NCBI GenBank assembly: GCA_965644295.1
Contig: CBFFRP010000288.1
Coordinates: forward strand, 496,001 to 560,000
Reading direction: 5' to 3'
Source: Paraphysomonas bandaiensis
Taxonomy: Eukaryota; Protista; Chrysophyceae
Length of the DNA stretch: 64,000 nucleotides
Below, in pieces: positions 51,242 through 64,000 of this stretch. The first letter of the stretch is position 1. Every line of letters begins with the position of its first letter. Both the position numbers and the translations under genes were made by a program. The notes beneath the pieces are model-generated. The model saw nothing but the letters and a program-made list of their open reading frames with translations. It made no database searches and was not told the DNA's origin.

Positions 51242-52703
51242 CCTGTAATTCGTTTGATAGAATTATCGGAAAGTGTCAGGCTCAAGATATCTTGATGCTC
51301 TAAACTCAACCAGAGACACATGCGGTTAAATACATAGTCACGGTCATGTTATCACGTCGTCAGAAACATGTGTTGCGTGTATGAGGTTTTTGTATAGATT
51401 TCCCAAACATGTGTTATATACTGCTACAAAAATGAATGTGGTGTTGTGTATATACTGGTATATACGCAGTAGGAATTCCTATGTAGTTCAGTATGACGTT
51501 CTCAACGAACACAAACCACAAAAAACTAGGAAAAGTATGCTTTTCAAGGTCCTAAAAAACATCATTTTAGTTGCAAAAGTATACTTTTTAAGCCTCATCA
51601 TTCTTTTGTGTGTGGAAAGCACTCTGCTGTGAGGCTCTGGACATTCAATGTACATTTCGTATGAGGAAGTATGTATAATAGTAGCAAACAATATGAACGC
51701 TATACAATACAATGAAGCCATGACTCCACCGTCGTATTCGTTCACGTACACAGCTGTGTATCATGGTATATTGTATGCACTGTTTTCACTGTCAAGGCTC
51801 ATGTCTGTATCTTGCAGCCCGCAGGAGATACATCTTAGATTGGAGGCGGGTTAATGGTTTATGAAGAACAGCTCAGTTCACAGCAGTTTACAGTGAAGTA
51901 ATGTTGAAATACAATCTCACAGATTTCTCAACACTGCTAAGTGGAAATTTCACTTGGACTCATCTCAGGATCTGCAAGCTGTGAACGATGTTGAGACTTC
52001 GTGCGAAAAGGTAATGTCCCACAAAAGACAGAAGTGTACCAAGAAGTATGAATATATTTAGGTGTGCTGAAAGGGGTTTAAGTTATGAATGTTGCAGGTA
52101 GTTGCTGAATGGTAACAAAACTAATATATGAAACGAGGATAATCGCAGTATCTCTTTCGTCATCTCATTAGAGTTTATCCATCTTACAATCCTACCGTTT
52201 AGTTCTTATAAGGTTGCCTAAAACGAACCATATTTCACGTTTAATATTGCTGTCGTCTTACAGCATTTTTTCCTACAATCCTTGCAACGGAACCTTAAAC
52301 AATCTCTTCGAGGAGTTTCATTTTACTAATTAGGAAAGCTACATATCTAATTTCTTTCAACTTCTTATTGCCTAATTAACGCATTATGTAAGAACTGCGA
52401 TATTTCATCGTATGATAAACATTTTAACATGTACCTACTAAAGAGTGTAATGCGCTACATCATGCATTCCAACAATCTAGCATGTAACATTTAGTATAGC
52501 GTATAGCACCAGTCCTCTAAGATAAAGACTAAAACAGGAAAAATCATATTAGTGGATATGTATACATTGTATACAGTAATGACAGTTCCAAAAATCCAAA
52601 ATACATAAAAGTAAAAACAAAGATAATACTCACTGTCAACAACAAAATTAACATCCTTTACGTTTGCGCAATAAAAAACGGCAATTCAAAAGAAGAGGGT
52701 ACA

Positions 52704-55700
52704 GTCGATCAAAATCACACTACGAAAAAGCGGGATGAGATATATACCCGCTAATAAGTGCACGATAAATAGAAATTACACACTACCATGCAGCTATCAG
52801 ATGTAAAATGCCGATCATTGTCTTCGCAACACAAGTCATGAAAACACCACATCGTCATATCATGTTATTGTATCGCCTCATGTCATCAATCCTGGCCACG
52901 AGCCAATGCGCCGCATTGCTGCGGACAACATCGGGGTAGGCATGGATTCCCTTTTGGGCGAATATATACTACATATTCCCGTATACTTATATAATACAGC
53001 CACCATACCTGTTCCGTGTCGAATCAATAAACGCGGTAATACTTCATCCGCTAGATTATATTGTCAGCTCCCGTCACAATATATTCATCATGTATAACAT
53101 GACGGTGGCGGTGTCGATCAAAATCACACTACGAAAAAGCGGGATGAGATATATACCCGCTAAGAAGTGCACGATAAATAGAAATTACACACTATCATGC
53201 AGCTATCAGATGTAAAATGCCGATCATTGTCTTCGCAACACAAGTCATGAAAACACCACATCGTCATATCATGTTATTGTATCGCCTCATGTCATCAATC
53301 CTGGCCACGAGCCAATGCGCCGCATTGCTGCGGACAACATCGGGGTAGGCATGGATTCCCTTTTGGGCGAATATATACTACATATTCCCGTATACTTATA
53401 TAATACAGCCACCATACCTGTTCCGTGTCGAATCAATAAACGCGGTAATACTTCATCCGCTAGATTATATTGTCAGCTCCCGTCACAATATATTCATCAT
53501 GTATAACATGACGGTGGCGGTGTCGATCAAAATCACACTACGAAAAAGCGGGATGAGATATATACCCGCTAAGAAGTGCACGATAAATAGAAATTACACA
53601 CTATCATGCAGCTATCAGATGTAAAATGCCGATCATTGTCTTCGCAACACAAGTCATGAAAACACCACATCGTCATATCATGTTATTGTATCGCCTCATG
53701 TCATCGATCCTGGCCACGAGCCAATGCGCCGCATTGCTGCGGACAACATCGGGGTAGGCATGGATTCCCTTTTGGGCGAATATATACTACATATTCCCGT
53801 ATACTTATATAATACAGCCACCATACCTGTTCCGTGTCGAATCAATAAACGCGGTAATACTTCATCCGCTAGATTATATTGTCAGCTCCCGTCACAATAT
53901 ATTCATCATGTATAACATGACGGTGGCGGTGTCGATCAAAATCACACTACGAAAAAGCGGGATGAGATATATACCCGCTAAGAAGTGCACGATAAATAGA
54001 AATTACACACTATCATGCAGCTATCAGATGTAAAATGCCGATCATTGTCTTCGCAACACAAGTCATGAAAACACCACATCGTCATATCATGTTATTGTAT
54101 CGCCTCATGTCATCGATCCTGGCCACGAGCCAATGCGCCGCATTGCTGCGGACAACATCGGGGTAGGCATGGATTCCCTTTTGGGCGAATATATACTACA
54201 TATTCCCGTATACTTATATAATACAGCCACCATACCTGTTCCGTGTCGAATCAATAAACGCGGTAATACTTCATCCGCTAGATTATATTGTCAGCTCCCG
54301 TCACAATATATTCATCATATATAACATGACGGTGGCGGTGTCGATCAAAATCACACTACGAAAAAGCGGGATGAGATATATACCCGCTAAGAAGTGCACG
54401 ATAAATAGAAATTACACACTATCATGCAGCTATCAGATGTAAAATGCCGATCATTGTCTTCGCAACACAAGTCATGAAAACACCACATCGTCATATCATG
54501 TTATTGTATCGCCTCATGTCATCGATCCTGGCCACGAGCCAATGCGCCGCATTGCTGCGGACAACATCGGGGTAGGCATGGATTCCCTTTTGGGCGAATA
54601 TATACTACATATTCCCGTATACTTATATAATACAGCCACCATACCTGTTCCGTGTCGAATCAATAAACGCGGTAATACTTCATCCGCTAGATTATATTGT
54701 CAGCTCCCGTCACAATATATTCATCATATATAACATGACGGTGGCGGTGTCGATCAAAATCACACTACGAAAAAGCGGGATGAGATATATACCCGCTAAG
54801 AAGTGCGCGATAAATAGAAATTACACACTATCATGCAGCTATCAGATGTAAAATGCCGATCATTGTCTTCGCAACACAAGTCATGAAAACACCACATCGT
54901 CATATCATGTTATTGTATCGCCTCATGTCATCAATTCTGGCCACGAGCCAATGCGCCGCATTGCTGCGGACAACATCGGGGTAGGCATGGATTCCCTTTT
55001 GGGCGAATATATACTACATATTCCCGTATACTTATATAATACAGCCACCATACCTGTTCCGTGTCGAATCAATAAACGCGGTAATACTTCATCCGCTAGA
55101 TTATATTGTCAGCTCCCGTCACAATATATTCATCATATATAACATGACGGTGGCGGTGTCGATCAAAATCACACTACGAAAAAGCGGGATGAGATATATA
55201 CCCGCTAAGAAGTGCGCGATAAATAGAAATTACACACTATCATGCAGCTATCAGATGTAAAATGCCGATCATTGTCTTCGCAACACAAGTCATGAAAACA
55301 CCACATCGTCATATCATGTTATTGTATCGCCTCATGTCATCAATCCTGGCCACGAGCCAATGCGCCGCATTGCTGCGGACAACATCGGGGTAGGCATGGA
55401 TTCCCTTTTGGGCGAATATATACTACATATTCCCGTATACTTACATAATACAGCCACCATACCTGTTCCGTGTCGAATCAATAAACGCGGTAATACTTCA
55501 TCCGCTAGATTATATTGTCAGCTCCCGTCACAATATATTCATCATATATAACATGACGGTGGCGGTGTCGATCAAAATCACACTACGAAAAAGCGGGATG
55601 AGATATATACCCGCTAAGAAGTGCGCGATAAATAGAAATTACACACTATCATGCAGCTATCAGATGTAAAATGCCGATCATTGTCTTCGCAACACAAGTC

Positions 55701-58151
55701 ATGAAAACACCACATCGTCATATCATGTTATTGTATCGCCTCATGTCATCAATCCTGGCCACGAGCCAATGCGCCGCATTGCTGCGGACAACATCGGGGT
55801 AGGCATGGATTCCCTTTTGGGCGAATATATACTACATATTCCCGTATACTTACATAATACAGCCACCATACCTGTTCCGTGTCGAATCAATAAACGCGGT
55901 AATACTTCATCCGCTAGATTATATTGTCAGCTCCCGTCACAATATATTCATCATGTATAACATGACGGTGGCGGTGTCGATCAAAATCACACTACGAAAA
56001 AGCGGGATGAGATATATACCCGCTAAGAAGTGCACGATAAATAGAAATTACACACTATCATGCAGCTATCAGATGTAAAATGCCGATCATTGTCTTCGCA
56101 ACACAAGTCATGAAAACACCACATCGTCATATCATGTTATTGTATCGCCTCATGTCATCGATCCTGGCCACGACCCAATGCGCCGCATTGCTGCGGACAA
56201 CATCGGGGTAGGCATGGATTCCCTTTTGGGCGAATATATACTACATATTCCCGTATACTTATATAATACAGCCACCATACCTGTTCCGTGTCGAATCAAT
56301 AAACGCGGTAATACTTCATCCGCTAGATTATATTGTCAGCTCCCGTCACAATATATTCATCATGTATAACATGACGGTGGCGGTGTCGATCAAAATCACA
56401 CTACGAAAAAGCGGGATGAGATATATACCCGCTAAGAAGTGCACGATAAATAGAAATTACACACTATCATGCAGCTATCAGATGTAAAATGCCGATCATT
56501 GTCTTCGCAACACAAGTCATGAAAACACCACATCGTCATATCATGTTATTGTATCGCCTCATGTCATCAATCCTGGCCACGAGCCAATGCGCCGCATTGC
56601 TGCGGACAACATCGGGGTAGGCATGGATTCCCTTTTGGGCGAATATATACTACATATTCCCGTATACTTACATAATACAGCCACCATACCTGTTCCGTGT
56701 CGAATCAATAAACGCGGTAATACTTCATCCGCTAGATTATATTGTCAGCTCCCGTCACAATATATTCATCATGTATAACATGACGGTGGCGGTGTCGATC
56801 AAAATCACACTACGAAAAAGCGGGATGAGATATATACCCGCTAAGAAGTGCACGATAAATAGAAATTACACACTATCATGCAGCTATCAGATGTAAAATG
56901 CCGATCATTGTCTTCGCAACACAAGTCATGAAAACACCACATCGTCATATCATGTTATTTTGTATCGCCTCATGTCATCGATCCTGGCCACGAGCCAATG
57001 CGCCGCATTGCTGCGGACAACATCGGGGTAGGCATGGATTCCCTTTTGGGCGAATATATACTACATATTCCCGTATACTTATATAATACAGCCACCATAC
57101 CTGTTCCGTGTCGAATCAATAAACGCGGTAATACTTCATCCGCTAGATTATATTGTCAGCTCCCGTCACAATATATTCATCATGTATAACATGACGGTGG
57201 CGGTGTCGATCAAAATCACACTACGAAAAAGCGGGATGAGATATATACCCGCTAATAAGTGCACGATAAATAGAAATTACACACTATCATGCAGCTATCA
57301 GATGTAAAATGCCGATCATTGTCTTCGCAACACAAGTCATGAAAACACCACATCGTCATATCATGTTATTGTATCGCCTCATGTCATCAATCCTGGCCAC
57401 GAGCCAATGCGCCGCATTGCTGCGGACAACATCGGGGTAGGCATGGATTCCCTTTTGGGCGAATATATACTACATATTCCCGTATACTTATATAATACAG
57501 CCACCATACCTGTTCCGTGTCGAATCAATAAACGCGGTAATACTTCATCCGCTAGATTATATTGTCAGCTCCCGTCACAATATATTCATCATGTATAACA
57601 TGACGGTGGCGGTGTCGATCAAAATCACACTACGAAAAAGCGGGATGAGATATATACCCGCTAAGAAGTGCACGATAAATAGAAATTACACACTATCATG
57701 CAGCTATCAGATGTAAAATGCCGATCATTGTCTTCGCAACACAAGTCATGAAAACACCACATCGTCATATCATGTTATTGTATCGCCTCATGTCATCAAT
57801 CCTGGCCACGAGCCAATGCGCCGCATTGCTGCGGACAACATCGGGGTAGGCATGGATTCCCTTTTGGGCGAATATATACTACATATTCCCGTATACTTAT
57901 ATAATACAGCCACCATACCTGTTCCGTGTCGAATCAATAAACGCGGTAATACTTCATCCGCTAGATTATATTGTCAGCTCCCGTCACAATATATTCATCA
58001 TATATAACATGACGGTGGCGGTGTCGATCAAAATCACACTGCGAAAAAGCGGAATGAGATATATACCCGCTAAGAAGTGCACGATAAATAGAAATTACAC
58101 ACTATCATGCAGCTATCAGATGTAAAATGCCATCATATATAACATGACGGT
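52704..58151. repeat. 409-bp tandem array, 13 full near-identical units plus a partial unit
   Basis: A near-identical 63-aa ORF recurs every 409 bp (one spacing of 411 bp); only a few SNPs separate the units. Confidence 0.97.
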
Positions 58152-58584
58152 GATTGAGATATGCTGGTGAGTGCAGGTGGAGGTGAGTGGTAGCAACACA
58201 ATGGTGGTAAAAACTCCTTTTTTGTAGGCGTCCTCTTTTATGGGGAGCAATTTCTTGTATTTCTGGACGGCCATATCTAAAAAGCGGTTAAAGAAGGAGA
58301 CAAAACAGAAAACCCTTCCAATGTTCTCAACTTACTTACTTGTGCTGTGAATCAATGTATGACTGCTACATACTGCTGTATGTGGAATGTTCAATCAGCT
58401 CTATTACTCGCGTCAAAACATAGATATTAAGTGCATACTATACTGATTCCCATTCTAAAATCAGAACTCCGGACTGTTCTTGTGAACGGTGAGAAGTACC
58501 CTTCTAAAGATATCATGATGATTGCGAAATATCGTCATCGGTGGGGTAGTATATCACATATGTGAAACTGCACTCCTTGAACAC

Positions 58585-59620
58585 ATGGATAATATTCCGC
58601 ATAATCAGCGCCAAGATTCACAAGTTAGAGGGTTATCTTCAGGCGATGTATGTGGCATCGATATATGTGTGTATTTTGTGTACCTCACTGCTATGTGTGC
58701 AGGGGAAATGTGTATATGTAATACCTGGTGCGTTATGTGAGCGGGACGTTGATGCATTAAGAAAAGAATGTGATGCAAGTGTAGAAGGGTACAGTATGGA
58801 GGATTATTCAGAAAAAAGCTGTGCTGTTGATTTGTTCGAAAACTCGATGTTGAGGGATGATGACCCTGCTCGAACTCAAGCAGAATCATACTTTGCTGAG
58901 AGATGGAAGCACACTTGCTTGAATGAATTCGAGAAGAATATAATTCGTTCTATAATATGCATCAAGCTTCCGTCGCTTCTAGCAGGTATACGTCCGGCTC
59001 AAAACTACTTTTTATTCAATGAACACTATGTCGTGAAACCCCCAACGAGCGATATAATATTTAGGTGGCACACAGATGGAGAGGAACAATTACAATCATG
59101 TCCATACCTTGGAGATTTTTTGTACTACTCATTATGGTGTCCTTTGGACACTGTTAGTCCTAGTAATGGTTCTTTAGTATTACCAAGGGGTACTGCAGTT
59201 CAAGTACTGCATACAAGTTGTTCGAAGGAGCGATACAGTGCTTCTCCCGACACGTATGTGGAGGAATGCTGTTATCATGATGGATACGATCATATCACGC
59301 ATCAGTCCAAAACACTGGTGTTACCTTCGGGCTCCATTGTGATATTTCCTTCTGATGTTCTCCATGCCAGCGGCCCGAACTTATCAGCTACACCCCGACG
59401 AGTATTTTATGCTCAATACAGTACTGACATCATATCAGCTCAAGCAGATCCCCAGAATAGTGACGACGCACCACCGCCGTTATGCTTTGCTGTACCTTGT
59501 AGTTCCAATGAAGTAGAATCTTCTCTTATGTCCACGAGTGGTGCTAAAAGTGGTGGTCGTGAAAACGCTGACACATTCTTTGATTGTGCTCCAAATGTGA
59601 AGAGGCTACGTGCATTGTAG
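58585..59620 (+). CDS. Phytanoyl-CoA dioxygenase (PhyH)-family Fe(II)/2-oxoglutarate oxygenase
   Basis: VVKPP..FRWHTD (HxD), SLWCPLDTVSPSNGSL, GSIVIF..LHASGPNLSATPRR. Probable phase-0 intron at 58648-58701; start uncertain. Confidence 0.85.
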
Positions 59621-60362
59621 TATCGTCAGGGTATATTCGTTTACATTACAGTCTTACTTTTGCATATAATGAGCTAGCAGTTCTAATCACATTTCATTCC
59701 AATTTCAAATTGCAATACTACAGAATACAGAATATAGAATATAGTAGCGTACAATGTAGAGCCATAGTAGAAATAATAATTGGGTCAGGGTGAGGACATA
59801 ATATTTATGCGATTTCTCAGTTAAGTCAACATGTTACTATGTATAATTTGACCTTAGGCTTTCTATGTACTGCTATTAGCTTTCTAGTGATCAATTCCAA
59901 CTGTGCTGTTTTATGGTATACAGTAAACAGACAAATGCGCTACTCGCTACTTTCCCTCGCCTGGCTTCACGACTCTCTACAGCCAATTCATGACTTACAA
60001 TCTCGGACACAGTAACTACAATGAAGTTTAAATATAATATATTCTATAACACTTCATCAAACCCATATAATTACGTCGCTCTTAACTACAGTATTTTTCG
60101 CGAGTGGTTCTAACGTTGTAACGCTTTAACTTATAAACCTCTAACTACAGCATTTAATTGCTCAACATTGAGCAAAAATCAACATTCCAACATCATTGCA
60201 GTCATATACCAGTGGTTAGATATAATATCTTCGTATCTCTACTCCTTCTAACTCAATTTCTCTTTACAAAGTCACAAATGGACGAACACTACCCACACAA
60301 CTTGGATTATAGATTATAGTCTTCATAAATTCAAAAAATGCTATGTCACAATATAAATGATT

Positions 60363-61412
60363 TTAATCATCTGCAGTATCTTCTGTAATTAAACTGTTCA
60401 CAATAAATTGTAAAACTAAGTTAGGGTAAACGAACACAACAATGACATATGGTAGCTGCGACTCACCTTACAGCCGGATTGTATTGGTCAGGAGACGAGA
60501 TGCAGAGTTGTGGATCTCTGAAAAGGCATCGCACATATTTCTCGCCCTCATGAAAGGTGGATAGAACCTTTTCACCACCATCGACTATATCTTCGCTACC
60601 TAAACTCACAGAAGAACGTGCACTCTGGTGGATAGCGACAATCGCTGCTAATTCTTCTTCCTGTACAGACATGAGATGGAGAACAGATAATGAAGTCGTC
60701 CGTTCACGTACCTCGGCATCCATATACACTTCCAAGTATTTGGGAAGTCGACGACGGGGAAATCGTACCAACTGTCTTGCGTCAAAGTGCTCTATGAATT
60801 GTTCGATATCATATATACTCCGCTCAGTCAACATCCGGAACTCTCCAATGATAGAGGTCAAAGACCATTGCTGAAGGCGGCGGAGGCAAGCAATGATACA
60901 TGCATCGATGGCAGTCTCTGGGCTGTTCAAAACACATATCAAACATTCCTCTTCGTAAATTTACTACCTTCCGATTATCAGGACAGGGTCTTCGCCAAGT
61001 GTGAGAAGCAACTCCAATGCCCTTTTCATCCAGTCTTCTGATAGGCTAACACTGGACATGAACGGAGACTCTTCTTCAGATATAATGCAATGCTATGAAA
61101 TAGCTAAATCAGAAGGAGATGCGGTGAGCATTGTGTGCAGCTTACCGTGGAAAGCCCTTCATTCTCAGCAAACGAAATGACAGTATCCCCCAGAGGACTA
61201 CTACTCACAGCAACAATAGCTCTACAAACAACAGTTAAAGTGAACATTGACTACGATAACAGTGCCAACCCAAGCTTTAATCGTTTTAAAAAAGGAATAT
61301 GCTCAGGGAGTAAAGGATCCCAAACCCGGTACAGGGATGGCTCCGCAATGAAAAATCCAAGTGGAGGGATTATAAGAGGAGTGGATTGTGTTCTTGGGCG
61401 TCTGGAGGACAT
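60363..61412 (-). CDS. Siw14/OCA-family (atypical dual-specificity) phosphatase-like protein lacking the catalytic motif
   Basis: IIPPLGFFIAEPSLYR...IPFLKRLKL; KRALELLL..DPVLIIGSPETAIDACIIACLRRLQQWSLTSIIGEFR..IEQFIEHFD. Multi-exon; ends SLITEDTADD*. Confidence 0.8.
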
Positions 61413-61806
61413 TTTTATTTCAGCAGACGTATGACATATTCGTGAGCATAGACGAGGTGTGTCAAGACATTGCAACATACACACTCACTGTGTCCATGTT
61501 GATATATATTCACATTAAGCATAAAGTCTGACGGTATTCCATGGTATTCCATGGTATTCCATGGTATTCTCACTGCTGTTATGGAGAAGACATTGAGCCC
61601 AATTCCCCAGTCAGTGAGATGTGATCTTTCTGCGCATTGTTGCAATGAAATGAATAGAGAGGTCGAATTGATGATATCAAGCCCTGTAATGTTCACTGCT
61701 TGAATCGCAGTTGTCTATTATTAATTATTAGCTGAAGAAACTGTCGATCGATAAGCCTATACTGTGATATTACAGTTGAGTGAGAGCGGCAGCTGCAGGA
61801 TTTAAA

Positions 61807-64000
61807 ATGGAAGATAGAGTGTACAGATGCAGTAAAATTCAGGATGATGTGCCCTATCTGGATAACAAGCGCTTTGCGGTCGCTGAAACTCAACTATTTA
61901 CATCTATAATTTGCGTTGAAAATGAAGTTTGTGCCGCAGAATCTTTAGAGGTCAATAGCCCCCGAGTATCCAAAGACAACAAACCAATTGATGTTATTTC
62001 CTCTACACCTCTTTCTGTATGTTCTGATAAACGGAGCGATAGCCCGCCTTCTCCCACAGCTCGATTTACATATAGTAACGGCAGATCTGCTCTTGTCCTT
62101 CAACGTCGCCCACCAGGTCTGGTATCTCACATAATTTCCCAGGCAATGGAACCAGACTCTGATGATGACTCTGATGCTGACTCTTTCACTGGTACGATTA
62201 AATTTCTTGCTTTTGTTTCATGTCACGTAGCTCTTTGTTTTTGCCGTGTAGACCATACATCTCCCTCGTTAACAAAGAACAGTGAAACTAGTGTGTTAGA
62301 AAGCTGGAGGCACCTTGTACTTCGCTTGATATCCAAAAACACTAATTGGGACAATGTGTATACCATCGTTCACTCTGAATCGACACCCACTGTGGAACTT
62401 CTTGGAAAATTGCCGCACACCAAGAAGCGTGCAATATCCCGGCTGACAGTGGCACGTCGTAAGTCCCTTGCCTTGCAAGAGCTTGCAGAGAGATTTGATA
62501 GACTGCCTGAGATAGAATGTGATCCAGAGAATTGGACGGAGAGATATAATATTGCGGCAGAGGGGGGTATGCGCCCCGTAACGCTTATATGTAGTGGAGA
62601 GCTACAATATGATATGCTCCGAGGGATAAGCACTGACTTGTCGGAGACTGCTTCTGTGGATAGAACCCGTGCGATGTCTGTGGATGACGTTGGTTCACCC
62701 ACCCCTGCTGTGACAATGGTGCTCAAGCAACTTCGAAAACTTACACATATTCTTCATGAATTCGTCAACACGGAGTCCACGTTTGTGAATGACATGAAGA
62801 AGCTGGTCACACTACTGAATGAAATCAAGTACTCGACACTCCCTCGAGTACGTGAGTTTGTCCACGCAGCCTCTTTTGTCGGGATCAACACTGCCACTGA
62901 GACCATCAACACCATTAACACTCAATTTCTAGTCAAGTTGAAAATGTTTACCGAGCAACAGGACGAGCCTGAGGAATCGGATGCACTTATGTTGTTCCAA
63001 CGCTCAAGCGCATTCTGTAAGGGTATCTTCGATTCACTGGTTCAATTTGGCCCCTTTTTCCCCCTATTCTCGCAATTTATTATCAATCATGATGATTTTT
63101 CCCTCGTGTACAGCACCCTCTCTTTTGAGGACGCTGACTTTAGAGCATATATGACATCATGCGAACGAATGCTAGGCGAATCTCTCTTGTCGCTCATCAT
63201 CAAACCTGTGCAACGACTACCTCGATATGTTCTGTTGTGTAAGGAAATATATTACACCTTAACGAAAGTATGTAAAATGCAAGCACCTTACGATGATGTA
63301 AACATACGGGGTGAATATGAAAACCTGGTATTATTGGAGGAGCGGTCTAGGAGTGTGTATAAAATCATTTCTACTTGTGCGAAAGAGTGCAATAACACAG
63401 TCAGGGTTCATCAAGACAACCTTCGCATGCACGAGCTGAATAGGCTGTTCATGGAAGGAGGTACAGATGTCGAAACTAGTGACCTGGTGCACAAGATGAG
63501 GAGAATAATGAAAGAGGGCCAGTTAAAGAGACATCACAGACACGGTGGTGTCAAAGTTCATGTTGTTCAAGTATTTTCAGATATTCTCTTATCATCCTCT
63601 CCCTCTGGTAAGGGCCTCAGACTTGAACAAAATATTAGTCTGGATCGAAGGAGTGATACCCTTTGCCTGCCAATCCCATCGATGCATCAGAGTGCATCGT
63701 CTTCGTGGTTTGTTTTATCCAGCATAGAGAAGACGCTGTACTTTTGTGCCAAGGATAGTGCTGACATGCTGAGGTGGGTGGAAACTATAAACTTGTGTTT
63801 AAAAGAAAATAAAGCCGACAGCGATACTTTTATGATGATGAACCAAGTAGTCCTAGTTAACACTCTCATTGGAGAAATTAATCGGATGAAAACTGAGAAT
63901 AATCATCCTTGCGATATGGGGGATGGCACTTGTAGAAGAGCACGAGGTGTGTCCTTTCAGCCTACCTTCGTTGAGAACGCGAACTTAATTCAAACATGCT
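61807..64000 (+). CDS. Dbl-family RhoGEF (DH-PH), runs off the window
   Basis: Open frame from ATG 61807: ILHEFVNTESTFVNDMKKL (DH CR1), SLLSLIIKPVQRLPRYVLLCKEI (CR3), PH-like IMKEGQLKR...VFSDILL...FCAKDSADMLRWVETI. Possible in-frame intron at about 62192-62251. Confidence 0.9.
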   Translation, partial: MEDRVYRCSKIQDDVPYLDNKRFAVAETQLFTSIICVENEVCAAESLEVNSPRVSKDNKPIDVISSTPLSVCSDKRSDSPPSPTARFTYSNGRSALVLQRRPPGLVSHIISQAMEPDSDDDSDADSFTGTIKFLAFVSCHVALCFCRVDHTSPSLTKNSETSVLESWRHLVLRLISKNTNWDNVYTIVHSESTPTVELLGKLPHTKKRAISRLTVARRKSLALQELAERFDRLPEIECDPENWTERYNIAAEGGMRPVTLICSGELQYDMLRGISTDLSETASVDRTRAMSVDDVGSPTPAVTMVLKQLRKLTHILHEFVNTESTFVNDMKKLVTLLNEIKYSTLPRVREFVHAASFVGINTATETINTINTQFLVKLKMFTEQQDEPEESDALMLFQRSSAFCKGIFDSLVQFGPFFPLFSQFIINHDDFSLVYSTLSFEDADFRAYMTSCERMLGESLLSLIIKPVQRLPRYVLLCKEIYYTLTKVCKMQAPYDDVNIRGEYENLVLLEERSRSVYKIISTCAKECNNTVRVHQDNLRMHELNRLFMEGGTDVETSDLVHKMRRIMKEGQLKRHHRHGGVKVHVVQVFSDILLSSSPSGKGLRLEQNISLDRRSDTLCLPIPSMHQSASSSWFVLSSIEKTLYFCAKDSADMLRWVETINLCLKENKADSDTFMMMNQVVLVNTLIGEINRMKTENNHPCDMGDGTCRRARGVSFQPTFVENANLIQTC

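Noticed and set aside
52906-58007. Thirteen 63-aa ORFs as a tandem gene family, or 5S/snRNA/SL-RNA genes in the 409-bp unit
   Set aside because: The ORF has no domain and arises from repeat identity. I could not recognise 5S, U-snRNA or tRNA sequence, and the C/D-box-like ATGATGA..CTGA spacing is too short.

Overview
Eukaryotic nuclear DNA with short (about 45-60 bp) GT-AG introns. The gene content (HSF, single-PAS bHLH-PAS, P-[ST]-x-x surface protein, Sec-GPx) fits a stramenopile protist, possibly a chrysophyte; that assignment is inference. Manual splicing gives about 15 protein genes, several missed or fragmented by the ORF track: a Pro/Ser/Thr-repeat surface protein, TBC Rab-GAP, HSF, MYND finger, selenocysteine glutathione peroxidase, BBE-like FAD oxidase, proline iminopeptidase, 7TM protein, a hidden 3-exon CGDPNC/SH3-like gene, golgin CASP, DUF3431, bHLH-PAS, PhyH dioxygenase, an OCA/Siw14-type pseudophosphatase and a DH-PH RhoGEF. 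Mobile and repeat content: a Copia element with near-identical LTRs but decayed coding sequence; a 1.6-kb nested foldback element; two 5'-truncated copies of an RNase H/zinc-finger LINE family ending in PKGRPPD (one inserted with a 15-bp TSD into a 3.2-kb strand-biased minisatellite); two short SINE-like repeats sharing the LINE's 3' GNRA hairpin; and 233-, 225- and 409-bp tandem arrays. The best candidate for an undescribed system is the LINE/SINE-like family with a covarying 3' stem-loop and possible satellite targeting. All calls were made by eye, without database searches.
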